The position numbers and the translations under genes are program-made. A stretch of DNA of 33,201 nucleotides from assembly GCA_964487825.1 (NCBI GenBank), contig CAZASO010000006.1, positions 1-33,201 on the forward strand, read 5' to 3'. The stretch is from an uncultured Gammaproteobacteria bacterium (GTDB taxonomy: Bacteria > Cyanobacteriota > Vampirovibrionia > LMEP-6097). Shown here piece after piece: positions 27,440 to 33,201 of the stretch (within the stretch, counting starts at the first letter, position 1; every line of letters begins with the position of its first letter). The notes beneath the pieces were generated by a model that did no database searches, was not told the DNA's origin, and was given only the letters and a program-made list of their open reading frames with translations.

Positions 27440-27625
27440 ATGGATGAGATGTCGCCAATAGATCTGGATACAGGAAGAGGAGTGCCCAAAGAATTTATTA
27501 GAGGAGCCCTACCTACAGAAGAGTACAGAGTTGGTCACCATAAACCACCTTTGTTTTTAGTCGTTCTCTATGTCTTGGTTATAGTCTGGGCTGCTATTAG
27601 TTGGATACCTTTTTATGGCTACTAA
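27440..27625 (+). CDS. small single-TM protein, unknown
   Basis: The 61-aa ORF starts 3 nt after the previous stop. It has a C-terminal helix (PPLFLVVLYVLVIVWAAISWIPF). Confidence 0.5.
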   Translation: MDEMSPIDLDTGRGVPKEFIRGALPTEEYRVGHHKPPLFLVVLYVLVIVWAAISWIPFYGY

Positions 27626-27626
27626 A

Positions 27627-28421
27627 ATGAAACACACTAAACTCAAACTCCTCTCTGCCGCTCTCCTAGTGGCTTTTATGTTGGGAGCTTGTTCTTCTTA
27701 TGACCCCAACAAATCAGGGCGCACCAAAGAACTTCAGCAAGTACTCTTGGATCCCAAAGCTAGCGCAGAAGATCTAAGCTATCCAGCTTATGATCCTTCC
27801 ATCATCAAGGGCAAAGAAATTTATAAACAACATTGTGCTGCTTGTCATGCTACTAGTGCTGGACTTCCAGACCGCATCCTTACTAAAGATTATCTCAGGA
27901 CTCGTAGCCCTCAAGATCAATACCTGACTATAGTTCGGGGCAACTCCAAAGGTATGCCGAGCTTTAGAGATACTCTCACTAGAGATCAAAGATGGGATGT
28001 GCTTATGTATCTTAGATCAGAAGTCTTAGGTTATTTTCCTTTGAACTCTGAGGCTCTATCCGAGATGGACAAAATCTTTGGAGCGAACTGTGCTGTTTGT
28101 CATGGTACTAGAGGTGATGGAGATGGTCCTCTACACAAATCACTAGAACCCAAACCTGCTGACTTCAATATGTTTAGTAGACTTTATACTCGTTCTGACA
28201 ATAAAATCTTCGATGAAATCTCCAATGGTATTCCTTGGACAGCCATGCCTGCATGGAAAGACCGTTATGATTATGATTTACATTATGCTTTTGATGAAGA
28301 GCTTAGATGGAAACTTGTGAATTATGTTCGTCAGTTTGCTTTTTCACAAGAGATTTTCAGATTAGATCAAGGCCGTCAGCGCATCGCTGAATATAAAGCC
28401 AAACTAGGAGAAGCCAAATAA
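27627..28421 (+). CDS. dihaem c-type cytochrome, lipoprotein
   Basis: The ATG at 27627 lies 1 nt after the upstream stop. It gives the signal peptide MKHTKLKLLSAALLVAFMLGAC with a lipobox. Two CxxCH sites are present (CAACH, CAVCH). An alternative in-frame ATG lies at 27615. Confidence 0.8.
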   Translation: MKHTKLKLLSAALLVAFMLGACSSYDPNKSGRTKELQQVLLDPKASAEDLSYPAYDPSIIKGKEIYKQHCAACHATSAGLPDRILTKDYLRTRSPQDQYLTIVRGNSKGMPSFRDTLTRDQRWDVLMYLRSEVLGYFPLNSEALSEMDKIFGANCAVCHGTRGDGDGPLHKSLEPKPADFNMFSRLYTRSDNKIFDEISNGIPWTAMPAWKDRYDYDLHYAFDEELRWKLVNYVRQFAFSQEIFRLDQGRQRIAEYKAKLGEAK

Positions 28422-28423
28422 TT

Positions 28424-29038
28424 ATGAGTAATCAGTTTGATAGAAGAGACTTTATCAAAGCTTTGTTAGCCATACCCGTGATTGGTTCTTTTGCAGCTTT
28501 TTTGATGTCGCCTTTTGTTCGCTATCTCAAACCTACTTCTGGTCCTTTGGCTACGGCTGAAGTTTTTAAGAGACCAGACAAACCCTCTCCAGTAGAGGTT
28601 ATTAGGTTTCCTGTTGCAGATTTTTCGGAGCCTTGGTCCTTCAAATATTTTATGTTTCAAGAGACCAATCGTGAGTATACAGCGGTAGGAGAACAGATCA
28701 AAACCATACCTGGAGCTGTTGTTAGGCTTACTACTAGTACTAATGGTGTTCCTGATTTTGTAGTTTTTAGTAGAGTCTGCCCGCATCTAGGTTGTGTTTT
28801 CAATTTCGTTCCAGTAGAAGCTGAGGTTGCTGCTGGTTATAACTACAGCCCCAAACCCGGTCAAAAAGTTTTTGCTTGTCCTTGTCATTTGTCTGTCTAC
28901 GATCCTATGCAAGAAGACACCAAAGGCAGAGGCAAAGTCGTATCAGGACCAGCTCCTAGGTCTCCCTTTAAGTTTAATTTCGAGGTCAAAGAAGGCACTA
29001 TATCTATTAGTAGTCTTGAGTCAGGAGGTATATCCTAA
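28424..29038 (+). CDS. Rieske [2Fe-2S] protein with Tat signal
   Basis: The twin-arginine motif is RRDFIKALL. The cluster boxes are CPHLGC and CPCHLSVYD. Confidence 0.9.
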   Translation: MSNQFDRRDFIKALLAIPVIGSFAAFLMSPFVRYLKPTSGPLATAEVFKRPDKPSPVEVIRFPVADFSEPWSFKYFMFQETNREYTAVGEQIKTIPGAVVRLTTSTNGVPDFVVFSRVCPHLGCVFNFVPVEAEVAAGYNYSPKPGQKVFACPCHLSVYDPMQEDTKGRGKVVSGPAPRSPFKFNFEVKEGTISISSLESGGIS

Positions 29039-29040
29039 GC

Positions 29041-30468
29041 ATGTTAGCGATAGCTCAGCAATTAGTTAAATTCATTGAAGCCAAAATCAAAAATATAGAT
29101 TTTTTTGATGAAAGTTTTGTCGATAAACAAAGAGACAATGTTTGGTACAAACTTGGTCCTCTCCAGTGGATCACTTGGATGCTCACTGTTCTTTCTGGTT
29201 TGATTTTGGTGATGTGGTATATCCCTACCATGGATGAGGCTTACGATAGTATCATCATCATCCAAGAACATATCCCTTTCGGTTGGTTGATACGAGGCAT
29301 GCATAAATATGCAGCAGATGCTTTTATAGTGGTTTGTACTATGAAGATGTATCGTATGTTTATTTGCGCGGACTACAAAGGCAATAGAGAACTAAATTTA
29401 TGGATTTGTTTTTTCTTGCTGCTTTTAGGTTTTTATTCTGGTCTTTCAGGTTATCTACTGATTTGGAACCAAAGAGCTTTCTGGGCTACCAAAGTTTTTG
29501 CAACCTTCCCCGGCTATATGGATCAGTTTGGTCTCAATTTAGCTTTTCTGGGAGATACAGTCGTCAAGAAGCTTCTAGAGCTAGGAGTCCCTACTTCCCT
29601 GCCGGGAGTCGGAGTGCTCTGGGATATGAAACTACTCAACCAATACATCAACCTTAATATGGGTATGGTGACTCAGCAAATCCTTCTAGGAGGTAGTGCG
29701 ATAGGACAAGCTACTATCACAAGGTTTTACTCTATGCATATGGCTCTTTCTACTTTGGGAATTATCGTAGTGGAGTTGTATTTTTATAGCAACAAGAAAA
29801 AACGCTTCAATATCCCTTGGTCAGAGGGTTTCCTTGTTATAGCCATGGTGGCTGCGGCGGCTACAGTGTTTCCTGCAGAGATGGGTGCTCGTGCTAATCC
29901 CTCTGTAACACCTTTGCCTATACTTTCGGATTGGTATTTCTTGGCTCTTTATCAGATGTACAAATACATAGAGCCAGTCCTAGCTACTTTCATCACGATG
30001 CTTATACCTCTTACTGTACTCTCTGTACCTTTCTTTGATACTGGCAAAGAAACGAAGATCTGGAGACGACCTATCATCATGTCTCTTTGTATTATGGGAG
30101 CCCTCAATACCATAGCCTTCTCTGCTCTCATTATTATGAATATTGCCAACATCAATACAGACCCACCCTACTGGATTTTTGCTAGTACTATGATAGTTGC
30201 GGTAGGTATTTATTTTTCAGAGCTTCAGAGGGGCCGTAATCGCTGGAAGCTATTCTCTCTCTACACTCTGTTCATGTTGCTCTATTTATCTCGTATCCAT
30301 ACCGTGCCATATTTTGCTTTGACTGCTTTAGAGCCTCTACTCAAAGACACTATGTTTGCTGATGGACCTTGGGGGCGTATGTGGATTTTCTATGGAGGCT
30401 TTGCTCTCTTACATCTTTTGGTTTTAGCTATGGAGCGCAATTTAACTAAGGAGACTACGAAGTCGTGA
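29041..30468 (+). CDS. cytochrome b (full-length, extended C-terminus) lacking the two haem bH axial His ligands
   Basis: [28 protein letters not shown] aligns without gaps to b6 [51 protein letters not shown] aligns to [23 protein letters not shown]. A PEWY-type Qo motif is present as SDWYFLALY. Extra TM helices follow at the C-terminus. Confidence 0.85.
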   Translation: [475 protein letters not shown]

Positions 30469-30773
30469 AGAATTTTTCTTGGACTTACGCTTCAGTTTTT
30501 CTTTTAGCCACTTTTGCGCTATCTGGATTTTTTAATGCAGATGAATATTTCCAATCAGGGGATCTAGGGCGAGGTTTTTTTATTTCAGCTTTGAGTTTTC
30601 TTCTTTTCATTTTGGCTTTGATTTATATGGCTTACCGCATTTATGCAGAAGAAAAACAAAAATCTAATCTAAGAGTTCAATGGGGAATTTTTGAATATTT
30701 ATACGCAAGAGACCCCCAATATTCTTCTCAAACTCAGGCGCAAGATAAAACAAGGAGTTCAAATGTCAGCTAA
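30465..30773 (+). CDS. hypothetical two-TM membrane protein
   Basis: The 102-aa ORF has a GTG start overlapping the cytochrome b stop (GTGA). It has two hydrophobic helices. No family was recognised. Confidence 0.5.
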   Translation: MKNFSWTYASVFLLATFALSGFFNADEYFQSGDLGRGFFISALSFLLFILALIYMAYRIYAEEKQKSNLRVQWGIFEYLYARDPQYSSQTQAQDKTRSSNVS

Positions 30774-31104
30774 TAAAAAAAGCGATAATAATTTTATTAT
30801 AATAGCCTCCCTAGTAGCCTTGGCGAACTTGGCTGTCTTTGGCTTAATGTTTACCTTAATGGGATATTTTGAATTACTTGGTGCTGATAAATCTTATTTC
30901 GACGAAGGCAGTCTCAATAATATTCAGATTATAAATAGTCTAACTCAAGTTTTTGGTTTCAAAATAGATCCTATGCAGCATATCAAGATTAGTACTCTTG
31001 CTTATTCTGTTTGTTATGGTGTGGCTCTGCTTTCTACTGGGCTTAGTATTTTTATTGCGACTAGAAAAGCAAAAGAGCAATATGAGGTGAGTGATTGTGT
31101 TTAG
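30763..31104 (+). CDS. hypothetical two-TM membrane protein
   Basis: The ATG at 30763 is preceded by AAGGAG with a 5-nt spacer. The longer frame from 30691 lacks an RBS. The product begins MSANKKSDNNFIIIASLVALANLAVFGLMF.... Confidence 0.5.
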   Translation: MSANKKSDNNFIIIASLVALANLAVFGLMFTLMGYFELLGADKSYFDEGSLNNIQIINSLTQVFGFKIDPMQHIKISTLAYSVCYGVALLSTGLSIFIATRKAKEQYEVSDCV

Positions 31105-32218
31105 TGTAATAGTAAGACAAGGGCAAAAATTATTTCTCAGGATAGAGGATGCTATTAATCGCATCTTTGGATCCGAGCAGAACATACTCTACTATCATGG
31201 TGCTGTTCCTAATTTCTTTCTCTGGGTTTTATTACTCTCTGGACTTTTACTTTTTGTCTACTATATGCCAACCCTAGAGGGTGCTTATTTATCAGTTGAA
31301 TATATTACTGGCAAAGTCGCTTTTGGTGACATGATCAGAGGCATACACCGCTATGCTGCTGATGGCATGCTCATAGCAGTTTTATTGCACGCTCTTAGAG
31401 TTTATTTTACGGATAGATACCGTCAGTATCGTATTATTGCTTGGTATTCTGGTATCGCTTTATTGTTTATGATGACCATCATAGGCATCTCTGGCTATAT
31501 CCTAGTCTGGGACGAGCGTTCATATATTATAGTCATGAAATTAGCAGACTTATTGAATTCTATTCCTTTGATAGGACCCGGTATGGCTCATGCTTTTATC
31601 AATGATGATGTCATTTCCAATTACACAATGTCCATGGCTTTCTTTTTACATACAGGAATGTCTTTCGCTCTGCTGGTGATGTTGTGGGTCCACTATATGC
31701 GTATTTCTAGACCAGTCGTTAATGTCTCTTGGGGCATAGGATCTCTATTGATGGGAATAGTGCTTGTGGTAGCGGGGCTCTATCCAGCGAACTCAGGTCC
31801 AGAAGCAGTTATGACGCGGGTCCCAGAGTATTTTGCTATGGATTGGTTCTACTTATGGTTATTTCCTTTGATGGATAATCTTGGTAATTTAGCTACGGTT
31901 TTGTTTATAGTAGCCCTGACAGTTTTCTTAGTGCTCTTGCCCAACTTTGTTGATGGAGGGGATAGAGAACCAGCTTTAGTAGACTCTGATCACTGCGTTG
32001 GCTGCAAACTTTGTTCTATAGATTGTCCTTACGAAGCTATTTATATGGCTCCTAGAACTGATGGCAGCAAATACAAAGAAATCGCAGTCGTAATCAGTGA
32101 CCGCTGTTCAGAGTGCGGACTCTGTGTTGGAGCTTGTAATTTTGATGCGATAGAGATACCAACTCTAAGGTCTCCTGTTGTGATGGATGATATAAGGATA
32201 GCTCTACAAAAAGCTTAG
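31091..32218 (+). CDS. cytochrome b paralogue (four His ligands intact, six TM helices) fused to a C-terminal 2x[4Fe-4S] ferredoxin domain
   Basis: Helix B reads GIHRYAADGMLIAVLLHALRVYF (H86/H100). Helix D reads FFLHTGMSFALLVMLWVHYMR (H187/H201). An ef-loop motif AMDWFYLW is present. Two ferredoxin motifs follow: CVGCKLCSIDCP and CSECGLCVGACN. The start is the GTG at 31091 or the GTG at 31097; the latter has better spacing to GAGG at 31085-31088. Confidence 0.8.
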   Translation: MIVFSVIVRQGQKLFLRIEDAINRIFGSEQNILYYHGAVPNFFLWVLLLSGLLLFVYYMPTLEGAYLSVEYITGKVAFGDMIRGIHRYAADGMLIAVLLHALRVYFTDRYRQYRIIAWYSGIALLFMMTIIGISGYILVWDERSYIIVMKLADLLNSIPLIGPGMAHAFINDDVISNYTMSMAFFLHTGMSFALLVMLWVHYMRISRPVVNVSWGIGSLLMGIVLVVAGLYPANSGPEAVMTRVPEYFAMDWFYLWLFPLMDNLGNLATVLFIVALTVFLVLLPNFVDGGDREPALVDSDHCVGCKLCSIDCPYEAIYMAPRTDGSKYKEIAVVISDRCSECGLCVGACNFDAIEIPTLRSPVVMDDIRIALQKA

Positions 32219-32226
32219 GAGATTTT

Positions 32227-32655
32227 ATGGCAGAAAGCACTACAAGCAAATCAGCAAAAGAAGTTCAAATAGTAGTTATCGCTTGTCGTCGTAGCGTAAA
32301 CCTCGATGGGCAACTAGAAGAGACTACTAAACTCAAAGGAGTCTCTAACTGTCAGGTTATACAAGTACCTTGTAGCGGCATGATACAACCCCGCATGATA
32401 GAGTCTGCCTTCAAAGCAGGTGCTGATGGCACTATAGTTATGGGTTGCCAAATAGGTGATTGTCATTTCCGCGAGGGTAATAAGTTCTGCCGTGAAAGAC
32501 TTCTTGGCAAAAGACCACCAGTCATCAAAAAATCTGTTCCTAAAAATAGACTTAGAGGTTTTTGGATGTCAGAAGTGCAACTGGCTGATTTCAAGTCTAG
32601 GATTGAAGACTTCAAGGGACATGTTGCAGAAGAACTTTCTAAGGAGACCAAATAA
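32227..32655 (+). CDS. MvhD/FlpD-like Fe-S protein (methyl-viologen-reducing hydrogenase delta-subunit family)
   Basis: VIQVPCSGMIQPRMIESAFKAGADGTIVMGCQIGDCHFREGNKFCRERL and RLRGFWMSE match the FlpD/MvhD core. The N-terminal CCNWC-type motif is reduced to IACRRS. AGGAG lies 5 nt upstream of the ATG. Confidence 0.75.
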   Translation: MAESTTSKSAKEVQIVVIACRRSVNLDGQLEETTKLKGVSNCQVIQVPCSGMIQPRMIESAFKAGADGTIVMGCQIGDCHFREGNKFCRERLLGKRPPVIKKSVPKNRLRGFWMSEVQLADFKSRIEDFKGHVAEELSKETK

Positions 32656-32762
32656 TGAGCAAAGACAATGTTTCGGTTCTTTTTGAGAATATAGTTTTTT
32701 ATTTGATATTTTTTTTCAGTCTATTGTTAATCGCAAGTTTTGGCATTATTGCAGAAGCTTAA
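32655..32762 (+). CDS. unannotated 35-codon ORF, predicted single-TM peptide
   Basis: The ATG at 32655 overlaps the MvhD-like stop (TAATG). AAGGAG at 32641-32646 lies 8 nt upstream. The product is MSKDNVSVLFENIVFYLIFFFSLLLIASFGIIAEA. It is below the 60-aa cut-off of the ORF track. Confidence 0.4.
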   Translation: MSKDNVSVLFENIVFYLIFFFSLLLIASFGIIAEA

Positions 32763-32763
32763 T

Positions 32764-32811
32764 GCTCGCTGTCTTGCAACTCATCTACGCTCGCTGTCTT
32801 GCAACTCATCT
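32764..32811. repeat. perfect tandem direct repeat, 2 x 23 nt (GCTCGCTGTCTTGCAACTCATCT) separated by AC
   Basis: The copies at 32764-32786 and 32789-32811 are identical. The 25-nt period is not a multiple of 3. The repeat starts 2 nt after the stop of the last ORF of the operon. Confidence 0.9.
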
Positions 32812-32836
32812 GCTGTGTTGTGCTTCGCTGCATTGT

Positions 32837-33095
32837 AGCTAGCTGAGCACTTGCTACTTAGCCTAGGCTCGAGCTGGCTTCGCACAAGCGCAGTTAAGCT
32901 CATCACCTCATCGCTAACGCGCCCATTCGGCTCGGCACCAGCACATGGCATTTTGCTACGCAAAACGCTCATGGCTGCTGAACTCAGGGTCCTTCGCCCC
33001 TCGCCATGGTCGCTAGCTCTCTCGGCTCTTCGCTAATCTGCGCTAGTACTCACACAGATTCTCGCTACGGCTAAGAGCAAGTACTCAGCTAAGCT
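32837..33095. other. GC-rich non-coding element closed by a long imperfect inverted repeat (candidate structured RNA or MITE-like element)
   Basis: The arms at 32837-32873 and 33061-33095 can form about 32 Watson-Crick pairs with four small bulges and one mismatch. An internal hairpin lies at 32944-32973 with 12 pairs. Local G+C is about 53-60%, against about 38% in flanking genes. There is no credible ORF. Confidence 0.5.
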
Positions 33096-33201
33096 TTCAA
33101 AGCCGTTTACCTAGTGCTTTATAGGAAGATTCGATAAATAATCATTTTGGCTCGGTATCTCGGTTATAGACTAGAGGACTATGCGCTCACACTTTAGGCA
33201 T

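Noticed and set aside
27615-27626. Upstream ATG at 27615 as the start of the dihaem cytochrome c.
   Set aside because: It would overlap the preceding ORF and add four residues before a textbook lipoprotein signal peptide. The ATG at 27627, 1 nt after the upstream stop, is preferred, though either is possible.
28827-29657. Plus-strand alternative-frame ORFs at 28827-29069 and 29400-29657.
   Set aside because: They overlap the Rieske and cytochrome b coding frames, which carry unmistakable family motifs. The alternative frames are low-complexity.
32764-32811. Possible CRISPR array.
   Set aside because: There are only two repeat copies separated by 2 nt, with no spacers of 25-40 nt and no cas genes in the window.
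32781-33036. A 63-aa (minus) ORF and a 61-aa (plus) ORF within the GC-rich terminal element.
   Set aside because: They overlap each other on opposite strands and lack an RBS. They have Ser/Leu/Ala/Arg-rich composition, as expected from GC-rich non-coding sequence, and the tandem repeat period (25 nt) breaks the frame.
32764-33201. Known housekeeping RNAs (tmRNA, RNase P RNA, SRP/4.5S RNA, tRNA, rRNA leader).
   Set aside because: On neither strand could I find a tRNA-like GGTTCGA-type T arm, a tag ORF ending in Ala-Ala-stop, the RNase P P4 motif (AGGAAAGTCC/ACAGAA) or the SRP GGAA/AGCA domain IV motifs. An Infernal scan is still needed for certainty.
33181-33201. Possible plus-strand gene start (ATGCGCTCACACTTTAGGCAT) at the window edge.
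   Set aside because: Only 7 codons are visible. The GAGGA upstream is only 2 nt from the ATG, which is poor spacing. This cannot be supported as a feature, but it is noted because its identity would help interpret the adjacent structured element.

Overview
This is a 33.2-kb, gene-dense bacterial chromosomal segment. G+C is roughly 38-40% by eye, many neighbouring genes share overlapping start/stop codons, and TTG/GTG starts are common.

Gene content, left to right:
- A partial tRNA-Glu(UUC) on the minus strand.
- A two-gene type-IV-pilus-like module: an 892-aa PilX_N-like surface protein plus a prepilin-type pseudopilin.
- A stand-alone flhA preceded by an unknown acidic protein.
- Housekeeping genes: tgt, a Ppx/GppA-like gene, uvrA, a WecA/MraY-family transferase and bioA.
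- A long minus-strand Fe-S biogenesis block: Rrf2 regulator, sufBCDS, bolA and a monothiol glutaredoxin.
- A UbiA-family prenyltransferase, an asymmetric heterodimeric ABC exporter and DoxX.

The most unusual part is a 12-gene plus-strand respiratory operon at 24793-32762.
- A cbb3-type (C-family) haem-copper oxidase is wired directly to a Rieske/cytochrome b module through membrane-anchored c-type cytochromes.
- The Rieske-adjacent cytochrome b has lost both axial His ligands of the N-side haem (bH).
- A second cytochrome b paralogue downstream keeps all four His and is fused to a cytoplasmic 2x[4Fe-4S] ferredoxin domain.
- That paralogue is followed by an MvhD/FlpD-like Fe-S protein and an unannotated 35-codon membrane peptide.
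- I do not recognise this combination as a characterised system. It is my top candidate for something new.

The window ends with a GC-rich (about 55%) non-coding element. It has a perfect 23-nt tandem repeat and a long-range helix of about 32 bp, which suggests an unclassified structured RNA or an inverted-repeat element.

All functional calls are by-eye motif recognition. No searches were run.
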